From the human T2T-CHM13v2.0 reference genome, Homo sapiens: a stretch of 64,000 nucleotides of DNA. A program made the translations under genes and the position numbers. Shown here piece by piece: positions 1 to 14,426 of the stretch (within the stretch, counting starts at the first letter, position 1; every line of letters starts with the position of its first letter). The notes beneath the pieces were generated by a model. It did no database searches, was not told where the DNA came from, and worked only from the letters and a program-made list of their open reading frames with translations. Location: the NCBI RefSeq assembly GCF_009914755.1, contig NC_060929.1. One strand, given 5' to 3'.

Positions 1-1941
1 CATTTTGTGAGGTCACAATTTCCTAAATAGTGTTGGTTCTAGTAGATGTTCCTCCATGACTAGACATTAAAGGGTTAGTTATTTATTATGGTCTTCACTG
101 GACTTATTTGTTGCTATCCTTCTTGGGATGGCTTTCCAGATATTTGAAAGGACTGCTTTAGATACCCCAAGAACCTCTATGAGTACCTCCATGAGACTGC
201 AAGAACACCCCAAGCCCAGTTGTTCTTGCAGACTCATAAAAGTACCACTTTAATGATCTTGGATGAGATTCAGGAGAATTCTCTGGATTACCAGGCAAAG
301 ACTCTTGTTCTATTCCCTTACTTTTACCCAAACATACAGAGTCTCCCTTTGTTCTAAGCCATCTAAGGCTAGGGGTGGAGTGACAAAACCACCCTTTTGT
401 CCATCACCACTGTGACTGTGCTGAGTGAGACCTGAAGCTAGAATAGCTCTGGGTCTTGTCCAAGGCCTACCGTAACCACTCTCTGGCTACTGCTTATGTT
501 CACTCGGAGCCCTGGAGCTCTACAGTTAGCAGATGGCAAAGCCATGCAAGCCTGTTTCCTTCCCTTCAGGATAGTGAAGTCTCCCAGGACCCAGATGGGT
601 CCAGAGGTGCCATCTAGGAATCAGGGACTAGAATAAAAACTGTAGAAGCCTACCTGGTATTCTATCGTATTGCAGCCGAGCTGGCACTCAAACCATAAGA
701 TGCAGTCCTTCTCACTCTTCCCTCCACTTTCCAAAGGCAGAGGAACCTCGCTTCATAGCCACCACCACTCCAGGCCACAGGGAATACTACAAGACTACCT
801 CTAATGTTCCTTTAAGTCCCAGTGGCTCTTAAGCCAGCTTGTCATGAATGGTAGCTGGCCTGGGACTCACCCTTCAGGGCAGTGGGCTCCCCTCTGGCTC
901 AGGGCAGGTCCAGAAATGCAATCCAAAAGTCAAATCCTAGAGTCAGGGACTCCCTTCCTGTGGCCATGCTGGTACCAGAAGCAAGTAAGTCTCATAGGCT
1001 CACCCAAGGCCCTCAGCATGGTATCTGGGTATTACTGCTGGTTATTCAGTGTCCAAGGGCTCTTCAGTTAGCAGTTGATAAATGCTGCCAGGACTGGATC
1101 CTTTTCCTTGAAGATAGTGGGTTCCCTTCGGGCCCAGAACATGTCTAGATATGCCATCCAGGAGCTAGGAAACATGGGCCTCACAACTATGGCTGATGCC
1201 CTATCCAGATGATAGCTGGTATCAAAGTGGATAATCTGGTATCCAAGTCTTCCCCACTCTTCCCTCCTTTCTCATGTGAAAGGAAGGGATGGAGGTGTGA
1301 GCTGTGCAGCCTTGGGTTGGGGGAGGAAGGGTGATGTCAGTACTTCCTTAGCCACCCCAGCTGGTGTCTCAGTAGTTCACATGCCCCCACAAACTACTGT
1401 CTCTGAGCCTAGTTCTGCACTAGGACCTGTCTAAATGTTGCAGTCTCTATGGTCTAGACTGACTTTCAAGTTTATTTGGAGACACAGAGCACTGTAGCCC
1501 ATGGTGATGAGGTTTTTTGGGATTGGCAATTTCCCTCTGGCCAGAGCTGGTTTAAATGCTCCCTCTCTGGGTGGGCATCAGCTGAGTTTGATCTGGTTTT
1601 CCTTTCTGCTTTAACAGAACAGCACTGAGTTTAGTGCCTCACAATTGCTGTGTTCTCCTTCCCCCTGCACCCAGAGAGGCTCTCTGCACTACACAGCTGC
1701 ACTGCTGTGGAAGGTCGGGGAGCAAGAAGGGGAGGGATCCACAATTTAGAACTGTTTTTTCTATTTCTTCAGTGCTTCTTTCAGTGATGTTGAGATAAAG
1801 CCAGGTACTATGAGGGCTTATCTGATTTTTGGTTCTTCTAAAGGTGTTTTTTTGTGTAGATAGTTGTTAAATTGGTGTCCTTGAGAGCGGGGGCAGAGAA
1901 GATAAGTGGAACCTTCTATTCCATCATCTTGCTCCACTTCT
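1..1941 (-). mobile_element. Old LINE-1 (L1M/L1MA-type) 5' UTR region, continuing out of the window
   Basis: Typical antisense L1 5' UTR sequence ending in ctattccatcatcttgctcc, the reverse complement of the L1 start motif AAGATGG..GAATAG. Confidence 0.75.
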
Positions 1942-1944
1942 CCA

Positions 1945-2258
1945 AGAAGCTGTGAAACTTTGCTGCAAGAAATTTTAAAAAGCATAAATAAATGTAGAGA
2001 TATAGCATATTCATGTGTGGGATGACCCAATATTGTTAAGCTGTCGTCTTTTCACAAATTAGTCTATCGTTTCAATATTATCCTAATCAAAATCCCAGTA
2101 GTCTTTTTTTTTTGTAAAAATTGACAAGTAGACTCTAAAATTTATATGGCAGTACAAAATATCTAAAGTAGCTTGAATAATTTTTAATAGAAGAAAAAGA
2201 AAATTTACTCTAAAGCTATGGTAATTAAGACTATGGCACTGGCACAAAGACAGGACAT
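1945..2258 (+). mobile_element. Ancient L1M ORF2 fragment
   Basis: aaataaatgtagagatatagcatattcatg...caatattgttaag...atcaaaatcccagtag resembles the L1 ORF2 [17 protein letters not shown] region. Confidence 0.7.
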
Positions 2259-2259
2259 A

Positions 2260-2302
2260 TGTGTGTGTGTGTGTATGTATGTGTGTGTTTGTGTGTGTGT
2301 GT
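2260..2302. repeat. (TG)n microsatellite, imperfect
   Basis: Direct reading. Confidence 0.95.
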
Positions 2303-2586
2303 ACCCACCTATATTTATGGTATCACTTTTGTTGAATTTAGTCTATAGTAGAGTTTTCTAAAAATAATATAAGAAAACAAAACAAACACTCGCTCCAGGT
2401 TTCTGATTGCTTTCTACTAGAGCACTTTCTAACAATATGTTAATTAACATTACTTCCTAAAGTTACCAAATATAAGAGAGGAGAAATTGCTCAGTTTGCA
2501 GAACTTTCCATTTTTGTAGAAGGCAAGGCCCACATCATGCCATTGTCACTGGGCTGACACTTTACCCTGTATGGTATTGAAACTAC

Positions 2587-3368
2587 TGAAATGGAGACTT
2601 TCATAACTCCCCTCACAGGACATGTGACAGGGGTGTGGCTCATCTGTTTGATTGCTGCATGCTCAAACCCCTTTTGGGAGGGGGAGCATGCAGACGGGCA
2701 GGTGCAGGAGCTGGGGTGGGCGTTTCTGGGCTCCCGCCTCACAGTAGTGTCTAGGGGTGGTTGACTGTGGGCCACAGTCAACCCAAAGCCCCAGTGGGCA
2801 TGTTACAGTGCTCTTTTTGCTCTGCTGTCCGCAGACGGCTTAAGTGTTAACCAGCTCAGTGACTTCTTGATACCTGGGTTCTTGTCTAGCATCTAGGAAG
2901 AATCAGGTCACACAGACAAATTGAAGGATGGTAAATGTGGATATTTTATTGCCAGATGGAGATGGCTGCCAGCGGGATGGATGGGGAAGCTGGAAACGGG
3001 ATGGAGTGGGAAGATGATTTTCCCCTGGAGTTCAGTTGTCCCGCGGTTGATCTCTCTGACCACCCCCAGCCAAACTCGTCTGTACGTTCAGATGCTCCTT
3101 CTCTTCTCTTTTTGTCTGCCGCACCACTCTTCTGCTCCTCTACTCTTCTGCTCATCTGCTTATCTGCTCTTCTGTTCTTGGAGCCTGGGGTTTGGGGTTT
3201 ATATGGGTACAGGCTGGGGGGCATGGCAGGCCAAAAGGCTACATTTGGGGGTGAAAGCAGAAATGCCTGTTCCTATTTAGGGTCAAGGGTTTCCAGGCTT
3301 GAGGGTGAGGCCTTTGCCAGGGAACCGCCCTCTTCTATCCATTATTTCCCTCTCTCCTGTCTGTATCA
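2587..3368 (-). mobile_element. Solo ERV1 LTR of the LTR1/LTR27/LTR28/MER52 group
   Basis: Reverse complement begins TGATACAGACAGGAGAGAGGGAAATAATGGATAGAAGAGGGCGGTTCCCTGGCAAAGG and ends ...TTTCA; 4-bp TSD ctac/ccac. Confidence 0.85.
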
Positions 3369-5129
3369 CCACTAATTAGAAAGTGGTGAACTGTATACAT
3401 TCTGTGGGTTATTCTGTCATCCTTATGTGCCCTGATATGACTTCCTTCAGATCTTGCAATCCTTTCAGTTAGTCTGTTTTCACTTTCCCATCGGTGAGTT
3501 TCTATCCTGAGTCACACTGACTCTTGCCTTACCTGAAACAAAGAGGGGACCAGCTTTGTTGCTTGGGTTCTTGTGAACATGTGGGAGGAAATAGTGACAT
3601 ACTTCTCAGTGTCCAGTTTGCAGCCTCTTAGAAACATCTTTTATTCAGAAAAGGCCTCCCATCAATATCTTTGCACTATGTCTTTTTTTGCCCATCACTT
3701 TTATCCCACCAAAGGAAAGACAGTACAAATAAATGTTTCTTGTGTAGAACCTGGGAGATCAGCAGGTTTCCTAATACTTCCTTTGACCTTTACAGTATGT
3801 GTCCTCTAGTTTAGGCTAAGAGTTCATGGCCTGACATCTGATCACATTCTTTATTCTATAGATCTAAAAAACAACTCCAGCATATTTTACCAAATATAAG
3901 TAACTTGTTATCTCATGTATTTGTGTCTCACTCTGCCTTAGACTTCTGAGAGATTTAGCCAGATCATCAGCTATTCCAACTATGCCGTCAAAACACCATG
4001 GCCTAAATAAACAAAGGCCTTTTTTCCCTTTAAAATATGGGTGTTTTTTTTTTTGCGGGGTGGGCGGCAGGCAGGAGGAGATGGCAAGTAAATTCAGCTT
4101 AATCACTAAACCTGTTTCTTTATTCATCCCATATGTTTGAAAGAAGAAAAGGAAGTTGGTTTCAAGATATGAATTCACAAAATTATAACTGTTCTCTCAT
4201 TTAATAAATGATTCCCTAACAAATTTCTACTGCCTTCTTCTGAAGGATCATGCTTTAATTTGCACAGAGGCCAGCCAACAAGCAGTTGACAAGGAGGGAC
4301 TTTTCTAAAAAAGCAATCTCTGCCCAGCTTACAAGAAACAGCCTGTGAAGTGTTTCCAAACCACAGCTGCCAAAGAAACACTTTGCCAGCCAGTTGTGGT
4401 TCCCTAGTGTCCAGGGTTCTCAAGATCTCTCCCTCACAGCTCACCAAATGCACAATGGACACCTCTGAATTTTCCAGGGGCAGGTTTTGGCAGATACAGG
4501 ATGGAATATGGGATGAAAACAGGAAGGAAAGGGAAAGACATAAAGCAGTGTAAAAGCCCAGGGAATTTCAGATTAAGCTGAATGTATTACATAGATGTGA
4601 ACGTTTATAGTAGGACATAAAATAAGACAATTTAGCTGTGTTTGAGACACATTTAGGTTGCAAATGGAGCATGTGTAAGGGGGTCCAAAGGTTAATCTTG
4701 AAAGTCAGCGTAGTCTGGAGAGCCTTTAGGTGAAGATTGTATGCTTATGGGTCTGAGATGAACCTGACAGGAAGGGAATGAATAAGAGAAACACTATGGA
4801 AAAAAAGATTGCAAAGTGCTTTGGGATTTATTTGGATAGAGAGTTTCAGACAGATGTCAATAAAGATTTAGGTACTGAGCAAAGGAAACTGGTCATGCTG
4901 GTTTTATTGGACCTTACGTTTTTTAAAACATAACTGAAAGTTTATAAATATTTGTCTAAAAACAGTATAACTGAGTTTCTACCAAATTAGTATCATTTTA
5001 ATGTAGACTGTCATTATTTTAATACAGTATGATATGATGGTTGCATTCCTAAGAAAACTTGTGTTATGAAGCTAATAATAACATTGGAGAAAGGGAAATA
5101 AAGACTGTAGAATTTCAATGCTTGAACCA

Positions 5130-6630
5130 GCTGGTATCTCCAATCCATTCACTATTGACTTTTTCATTAATATGAATATATATTTATCTCTTTATCCAGT
5201 TTAGATCCCTTTATCTTACTATAATTACTCCTTTTCATGTACTCCTAATTCTGCTGCCTTTCTCTCCTGTCACCATATTCATTGGCAAGCAACAGCCTTG
5301 GTTAAATCCAACTGTCCACTTTTTCTGCGCCCATGTCTGAGAAAGTGGTTGGAAGAAAGAACAGAACCATGCTATGATTTCCCAGCACTATCTGGCAATA
5401 CTGCAACTTCTTCTAGTCAGTTCATTCTCCCATTCTCCAAGACCACTATTTCACATCTCTTCCACAACTTCCCTTTCATTCAACTCACTCTGATGCCCTT
5501 TCTTCTCATTTAACTAATAAAATAATGACAAACAGAAGAGACCTTCTTCATTTTTCCCCACCAAAATTTACAAAACGACCTGTATCTATACTGGTGTACT
5601 CTGCCTTCTTTCATATTTTAGTAGCTGAATTATTCATGCTTCTAATTGTAACTGATATATCACTTGTACACTTTGATGCTACTCTTCTACTCAAGGACTT
5701 TGCTCCTAGAGTTATTCCTCCTTACCACTATACTATCAGTTTTCTCTCTCTATTATATTATTCTCAACAGCATATGAACATGCTGCACTATATGTCATGT
5801 TTAACAACAAAAATACACACACACACATTTAACTAAACAACAACAAAAAACACCCACAAAACCAAAACACTGAACCCCACATGCTCCTCCAGCTACTGTC
5901 CTTTTTCTCTTCTCCACTGTTTTTGCAGAGCTACTAGAATTGGTTGTTTATTCTCTGTCCCCAATTTCTCATTTGTCATATATTCTTGACTGATTTCAAT
6001 TAGAATTTCATTTCCAACAGCAATATCACTTTCCAGGATCATTAATAGATATAATGCTGCAAAACCCAATAGGCAAGGCTGTCATCTTACTTGAATTCTT
6101 AGTATCATTTGATAGAGTTGATCGTTATTTGGGGAACTTATCTTTAAATGCTTTCATCCCTTGGCTTCTGAGACACTACACTGTATTCCTGCTTCCCTGA
6201 CTCCACCATCTCTCCATAGGATCCCCTTGACTCAGTGCTTCCAATTCTCAGTCCTCAGAAATCTCAATCTGAACTCTATCTAATGATCCCATCTAGTTCT
6301 CTGACACCCAGTTGACTTTCATATTTCTATCTCTGACTCTGCTCACTCTTCTTTCAGTCTAAGATGTATAACTGTCTATATGATATCTCCACTTGGATGA
6401 AATTTCCCCTTAAATTTAATATTTCCCAAGCCAAATTCTTTATTTCTTTTCCTTAAACCTACTCTTACTATTTTCCTCATCTCAGGAAGTGACTGCACAT
6501 TTCACCCTGCTGCCCAGGCCTGAAGTTAGGATTTACCTTCTTTCTTTTACAAGTTCTCTTCCAATTCTACTTCCAAAATGTAACCTAAATCTAATACCTG
6601 TACCCATTTCCATGACTACTATTAGAATCT
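5130..6630 (+). mobile_element. L2 LINE fragment
   Basis: ccttggttaaatccaactgtcc...gaaagtggttggaagaaagaacagaaccatgct, followed by pyrimidine-rich L2-like sequence (atctccacttggatg). Confidence 0.75.
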
Positions 6631-6959
6631 AGCTTTGTGTTAATTTGCAAACAGGAGATGAGTGAGAGCTGGCTGATCTCTCTTGTAGAGTGTTAGGTTT
6701 GTAATTTTCTTTGCAAGACTGTGTCTACCCTTTAGGTTAGTCTCATTTCTCTTTCAGAGTTAAATAATACCTTCAAAGAGTATCAAGGGTGAAAATTTGA
6801 AATTTAGGGGAAATTAAGAGCACATTTCAGCTAATCAAGGTTTTTAGCTGTTAGGACAAAGAGGTAAGAAATGGTACCACACACACATTTTAAGGACCTA
6901 AATCAATCTAAGTGGTGATTGATGTTCACAAATGTATTAGTGACTTGTAGGTAATAATG

Positions 6960-7170
6960 TTTAGTAGAAAAATGGTCTTAGGCCGCATGGTGAAAGAGTC
7001 AAATGCCAAGTGACAGAAGTTCTAATTCTGTTCTTGCCAAGTAAGCAAGTCACTTAACCTTTGTATGTTTTCCCTTCTATGCGCTGAGAGCAGTAACTGC
7101 CCATTATTACAGCAAACTGTTGTGCAGATGGATGATGAATATGTGTGGAAATGTTTTGCATGCTTTTAAG
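6960..7170 (+). mobile_element. MIR SINE
   Basis: caagtcacttaacct core and gttgtg..gatga..gtggaaatgtttt tail. Confidence 0.65.
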
Positions 7171-7422
7171 GAAAGAAGAAATTTTAAAACCTAAATTTCT
7201 TAAAACACAACTAAAGGTTGCCCATCTATTATTTATTTATCTATTGATTACCCTTTTCTTCTTTGTATTTTTTAAAAATTGTACTCATATAATAAATATG
7301 AAAAAAACTTTATAATAGAAAAAATAACTTGGGTTAAATATAAAGAAGTCTTCAATCACTTAGTCTTTCTGCATTTCACTTTACAATGGATGGACCAATC
7401 ATGATATCAATAGTAATAGTAA

Positions 7423-7694
<272 letters not shown>

Positions 7695-7990
7695 TAATAT
7701 AAAAATATAAAAAGAACACATGTAATTCCCTGAAAATTTTGATTAGCTAAGATTTGGGAAAGATTATAATTTTCCTTCTTTATTGGTCTATATAGATTAT
7801 CTGGAAATTTCCAGACTTCAAGCACTCTTAGCTGAGGTTGCATATCATTGATGTTTCACATATTTCCAAGGAGAATATTTTAGAGTTCATAATTTCTGCA
7901 CTAAGTGACAGAGTCCCAATATTGTCAAGTTGAATTTAATGTAATTAATTGGTTACTTTGCATTTACTCTTATCCTTTTATTTTTTACAG

Positions 7991-8035
7991 TAGCTGGTTA
8001 TATTAAAAGTTACATAATAGGAATTGTCACAACCA
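7991..8035 (+). CDS. Candidate 45-bp phase-1 internal exon (xAGYIKSYIIGIVTT), gene unidentified
   Basis: Strong acceptor tactcttatccttttattttttacag, donor CCA|gtatga, one open frame, length divisible by 3. Confidence 0.35.
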
Positions 8036-8994
8036 GTATGAACTTCTACCATCCTATTTCCTAATATCAAGCATTTTGCTTTTGCTATACAAGGAAATAG
8101 TTTCCTAGGCACTCTTGGCCTCATTTTAATAGGCTGTGTGGTTTTCTAAGTATGTAAATCATTCCACTGTCTCGATCACATGTTCTTACCCAATAATATT
8201 TTGTTTTATGTCTATTGCTTTACTTTGTCATATATTCTTACACCAAGATTTGATATAAAATAACACAATATCTATATCTCTCCCACATAGCTATTTGGAG
8301 TTTATACTATGCATACTTTAAGAAACTTAAAATGTTAAACCCATATTAAAGCAGAACAATTAATGATAAAAAGAAGTGTCATATGCAACCCTTTTATAGA
8401 TATAATATTTTATTGGAATCCATGAATAAAATTGTTGCCACCCATAAAACTAAATTTAGTTTCATGCCTCCTAACAGCTAAGGTGAGACTCCCAGGTCAT
8501 CAGGTGGAATTTACCTTTTTTATTCATTCAATTAGCAAAAAAGAGTAATATGTTGGTGAGGATTTAATATAATAAAAATATATTACAATAACTAAAATAT
8601 GATTTGGGTGTCACAGCAAGACAAGTGTCCCAATAACAACCTTAGGCAGTCCCAGGCTAGTGACTCAGTTTACTTGCCAGTCCCTTTAGAATTCCTGCCC
8701 CACTCTATCTCCTGGCATATGCTTATATATATGTGTGTGATTCACCCTCTCATTACCTTCTTTCTCTTTTCACCTTCCTCTGTTGCTCCTACTTCTGTTC
8801 TTCAAAGACCTGTTCATACTGGCTTTTGTGTGGAACTCTGAGCTTCTGCTTCTGACTTGATTGAGCAGTACTCAGCATAGAGTATCACTGGATAGATTTC
8901 TCATCCATTGCCTCTGATAACTCACCTGCCTCCCTCATGTCCTTTCTGGAGATAGTTGCCTTTGCATCTGATGTTATCTCAATTCAATCAGTTG

Positions 8995-9210
8995 GAATTC
9001 AGGTTATAGCCCAACATCTGAACTGGCTGGGTTCAAATCTCCATCTGCTATTGTCTGTGCAACTTCACACTCTGAGCCTCAGTTTTTTCATCTGTAAAAA
9101 TAAGGATAATAATAGCATCTCCATCATACGGTTGGTATAAGAATTAAAGTAGTTAACACAGGCAAAACTCTTATGGGAAAAATATGACACATTTTAAGTT
9201 CCCACAGTAT
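8995..9210 (+). mobile_element. MIR SINE, followed by a (CAT)n tract to about 9260
   Basis: gggttcaaatc...ctctgagcctcagttttttcatctgtaaaaataaggataataatag. Confidence 0.85.
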
Positions 9211-9344
9211 AATAATCATCATCATTATCATTCTCATCATTATCATTATGATTATCATAGCATTTGGATTGTGATAGACTGCACACTATGCTTTCCTTAG
9301 AACAAAATTGTAGGAGGACCTTAACCCATAGATACTTATATATG

Positions 9345-9815
9345 GGTATTGCAGAGGCTGTTGGAGTCCCGCCGAGATCTCAGGAATCATTTTCACTGGT
9401 TTGCATCCCCAAATCCAGCTGTTGTAGGTGTTGCTGGTAACAGTCTTTTCTGGAGGATTGCTCATGGACAATTGGATCCATTTCTCCAAGGTTACCTGAG
9501 AGTTACATGCCTCCCCTTCAAATAGCCTGTATCCAGTCACTGATGGATACAGTGTATAAAAGCCCAGGCTCCCTGCAACTCCTACAATGTGTCTAGGCAG
9601 GGCAAATTCTGTGGTATAGTTTATGCTTCAGATGGCCACATGGGTTCAAGCTGTGGCTAAGCTGTATCAGAAATCATCTCCTTACTAACTTGCTTTCCTT
9701 TACTATCCTGCTTCCCTCATTCCCATACAGAATTTTCCTGAGAGTATCCTTTTAATAGGCAACAGGCACAAAAATCTCATCTCACACTCTGCTTCTGAAC
9801 AACCTGACCTAAGAG
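9345..9815 (+). mobile_element. LTR16-type ERVL solo LTR
   Basis: 3' end aatctcatctcacactctgcttctgaacaacctgacctaaga matches the LTR16 terminus. Confidence 0.65.
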
Positions 9816-12800
9816 AATGAAAAACATAAAAGACTCTATTTTCATTTGTGGTTTTATATAACCTTCTGTATTCAAATGTCATATCTGGTACAAATGTTAA
9901 TACATATGTGCTTGTGACACAGGATTAATTCTTTTTTAACTTTTAGTTACCTATTTGATACATAGTTATGTTTCTTTCTATTTTTTTGCCTTTATTGTTG
10001 ATTTTAACTTTTTCAAGTACCTAAAACAATAATATAATTCAGAATCCTAAACTCTATAAAGAGGAATATTTGAAGAAATTCCTTTCACATTTTTGTTTAC
10101 ATTATTTTAACTTTTATTTTAGTTTTGGGGTACACGCACCTGCACAGGTGGGTTCTATAGATAAATTGCATGCCACAGGGGTTTAGTGTACATATTATTT
10201 CATCACCCAAGTAATAAGCACAGTACTCAACAGGTAGTTTCTTTTTCCTTTCCCTTCTCCCAACCTACACCCTCAAGTTAGCCCCAGCATCTCTGTGTTC
10301 CCTTCTTTGTGTCCACGTGTACTCAATGTTTAGCTCCCACTTATGAGTGAGAACATGCAGTGTTTGGTTTTCTGTTCCTGCATTAGTTCGCTTAGGATAA
10401 TGGCCTTCAGCTCCACCCATGTTGCTGCAAAGACATTATCTCATTCTTTTTTATAGCTGTGCAGTATTCCATTGTGTACTATGGAATTCACGTTTTCTAG
10501 GTATAAAATTATATCATCTGCAAACAGAGACAATTTGATTTTTTTCTCTTCCTATTTGGATGCCTTTTATTTCTTTCTCTTGCCCGATTGTTCTGGCTAG
10601 GACCTCCTTTACTATATTGAATAGGCATGGTGCAAGTGAGCATGCTTGTTTTGTTGTGGTTCTCAAGGGAAATGCTTCTAGCTTTTTCCCATTCAGTATG
10701 ATGTTGGCTGTAGGTTTGTCACAAATGGGTCTTTTTGTTTTGAGGTATGTTCCCTCAATGCCTAGTTTACTGAGGGTTTTTTACATGAAGAGATGCTGAA
10801 TTCTATCAAAAGCCTTTTCTGCGTCTATTGAGATTATAATGTGGTTTTTGTTTTTAGCTCTTTATATGTGACAAATAACACATTGATTTGTGTATGTTAA
10901 TCCAACCTTGCATCCTAGGGATAAAGCCTACTTGCTCATAGTGGATTAGCTTTTTGATGTCCTACTGGGTTGGGTTTGCTAGTATTTTGTTGAGGAATTT
11001 CGCATCTATATTCATCAAGGATATTGGCCTGAAGTTTTCCTTTTTTGTTGTGTTTTTGCCAGGTTTTGGTATCAGGATGATGCTGGCCTCATAAAATGGG
11101 TTATGGGGGAGTCAAACCTTCCTCAATTTTTTGGAATAGTTTCAGTAAGAATAGTACCAGCTTTCCCTTATTCATGTGGTAGAATTCAGCTGTAAATCCA
11201 TCTGGACCTGGGATTTTTCTGGTTGGTAGGCTTTTTAGCTTTTTATTACTGATTCAACTTCAGAACTTATTATTGGTCTGTTCACTGAATTTCTTCCTGT
11301 TCCAGTATTGGGGGGTTGTATGTTTTCAGGAATTTATCCATTGCTTGTAAGTTTTCCAGTTTGTATGCACAGAAGTGTTCATAATAGTTTCTGATGATTT
11401 TTTGTATTTCTTTGGGGTCTGTGGTAATGTCCCCTTTTGTCATCTTTGATTGTGTTTATTTGGATCTTCTTTTTAAATTAGTGTATCTAGCAAGCCATCT
11501 ATCTTATTTGTTCTTTCAAATAATCAATTTCTGATTTTGTTAATCTTTTGTATGTTGTTTCACATCTTGATTTCCTTCAGTTTGGCTCTGATTTTGGTTA
11601 TTTCTTGTCTTCTGCTAGCTCTGGGGTTGGTTTGTTTTTTCTCTAGTTCCTCTTGCTGTGATGTCAGGTTCTTAACTTGAGATCTTTCTGACTTTTTGAT
11701 TTGGGCATTTAGCATTGTAAACTTTCCTATTAACACTGCTTTAGCTGTGTCACAGAGATTCTGGTATATTGTATCTTTGTTTATATTAGTTTAAAAAAAT
11801 CTTGACTTCTGCCTTAATTTCATTGTTTACCCAAAAGTTATTGAAGAGCACATTGTTTAATTTCCATGTAATTGTATGGTTTTGGGTGATCTTCCTAGTA
11901 TTGATTTCTATTTTTATCGCACATTTTATTGGTCTGAAAATGTGGTTGGTGTGATTTTTTCTTCCCAAGAATTCTTTTATAGCTGATCATACGGTTGATT
12001 TTAAAGTGTGTGCCATGTGCAGATGAGAATAATGTATATTCTGCTGTTTTTGGGTGTGGAGTTCTGTAGATATCTGTTAGTTTCATTTGGTCAAATGTCG
12101 AGTTCAGGTCTCGAATATCTTCATTAGTTTTCTGCTTTGATAATCTGTTTTATATTGTCAGTGGGGTGTTAAATACTCCCACTATTATTGCATGGTTATC
12201 TAAGTCTCTTTGAAGGTATCTAAGAACTTATTTTATGAATCTGGATTATTTTATGAACTTATTTTATGCTCCTAGTTTGGTGCATATATATTTCGAATAT
12301 TTAAGTCTTATTGAATTGAACACTACCATTATGTAATACCCTTTTTGTCTTTTTTTTATCTTTGTTGGCTTAAAATTTAAAATCTCTTTTGTCTGAAATT
12401 AGCATAGCAACTTCTGCTTTTTTTTCTTTTTTTTTCCATTTGTCTGATAGATTTTTCTCCATCCCTGTATTTTGAGCCTATGGATGTCATTGCATGTGAA
12501 ATGGGCCTCTTGAAGAAAGCATAGAGTAGGGTTTTTGTTTTTTTTTTTAATCCAACTTGTCACTCTGTGCCTTTTAATATGGACATTTCTCCTGTTCACA
12601 TTCAAGATTAATATTGATATGTGTAGATTTGATCTTGTCATTGTGTTGTTAGCTAGTTATCATGCTGACTTGATGGCGTAGTTACCTTATAATGCCAATG
12701 GTCTGTGTATTTAAATATGTTTTATTGGTGGCTGGTAATGGTCTTTTGTTTCCATATTTAGCACTCCATTAAGGACCTCTTATAAGGCAGGTATGGTGGT

Positions 12801-14426
12801 AACCAATTCCTTTAGTATTTGCTTACCTAAAAGGGTTCTTATTTCTCCTTTGCTTATGAAGCTTAGTTTGTCTGGGTATGAAATTCTTGGTTACAGTTTC
12901 TTTTCTTTATAATAATGCTGAATATATTAATAGGTCCCCAGTCTCTTCTGGCTTGTAAGGTTTCTGCTGAAAGGTCTGCTTTTGGCCTGATGGAGTTCCC
13001 TTTTTAGGTGACCTGCCCCTTCTCTCTAGCTGCTTTTAATATTTTTTCTTTCATTTCAACCTTAGAGAATCTGATGACCATATGTCTTGGGGATGGTTAT
13101 CTTGTATAATATCTCACAGGGGTCCTCTGCATTTCCTAAATTTTAACATTGGTCTCTCTAGCAAGGTTGCAAAAATTTTCATGGACAATATCCTCAAATA
13201 TGATTTGCAAGTTGCTTGTTTTCTCCCCTCTCTTTCAGGGACAACAATGAGTGGTAGACTTGGTCTTTTTTCATCATCCCATATTTCTCAGGGATTTTTG
13301 TTAATGTCTTTTATTCTTTTTTCTTTATTTTTGTCTGACTGAGTTAGTTTGGAGAACCACTCTTTGAGCTCTGATATTTTTTCCTTGACTTGGTCTATTC
13401 TGCTGTTAATATTTGTAATTGTATTATGAAATTCCTGTAGTGTGTTTTTCAGCTCTATCAGTTTAGTAGGTTATTTCTTAAAATGGTCATATGCTCTTTC
13501 AACTCCTGTATTATTTTACTGTAATCCTTAGATTCTTGGATTGGATTTTGACTTCCTCCTGAGTCTTGAAGATCTTCATTCCTATCCAAATTCTGTTTCT
13601 ATTCTATTTCTGCCATTTCAGCCTGGTTAGAAACCATTGCTGGGGAACTAGTGCAGCTGTTTGGAAGAAAGAATGCACTCTGGCTTTTTGAGCTGCCAGA
13701 GTTCTGGTGCTTGTTCTTCCTCATCCATGTGGGTTGGTGTTTCTTTAACTGTGGTATTATTTCAGTATAGCAAGTTGGCTTCTTTTCTGGATGTTTTCAA
13801 GGGGCTAAGGCTTTGTGTTGGGTCTTTATTTGTAGCAAAATTGTTGTCCTTGGTTTCACAGTGGGGGACATATTAGCAGAGTATTTTTGGTGTTGATGTT
13901 TGGCCTGTGATCCAATAGGTGGCACTTAAGCTTAACAGCCAGTAGGCTCTTGCTCAGCCTCATAAATCCTCTATATTTCCTTATGTATGCAGCTGTGCTC
14001 TCTCTCTCTCTCAGTGTTCTGAGGGTGTGGGCTCCTCTGCAACTCTAGTGCTAGCTGCAGGTCTTGGCTTAGCCCTCCTGGGCTGCACACCGCAGCCCTG
14101 AGGTGAGCTCATGCTTTATGTTCCCTCTCAAGCTTGAGAGCAGCTAGGGTAGGGACCTTTGCAGAGGCAATGGCAGAGGATCTTTCACTTGTCCCTTGGG
14201 GATCCACCCAAAGAAATGCAGAGCCACTACCAATTGGGGTGATCAGCCCGGGGTGGGGCAGCTGTGTTGTGGGCCCAAGTTAGGGGACCCTGTCTAGTGA
14301 TGAGCATGGGGGAAGGGGGCTCAGGGGGAAGACAGACTGTCCACTTCTCTTTAGGGAAGCTGTGGTGTGAGTAAAATTTTCAGGTTTCTTGTTCCTTTCC
14401 TAGTCTGAGGGCAACAAGGGCAGTAC

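Noticed and set aside
2921-3375. Overlapping 92-146-aa ORFs
   Set aside because: They lie wholly inside an LTR1-group LTR with low-complexity ctctt/ctgct repeats
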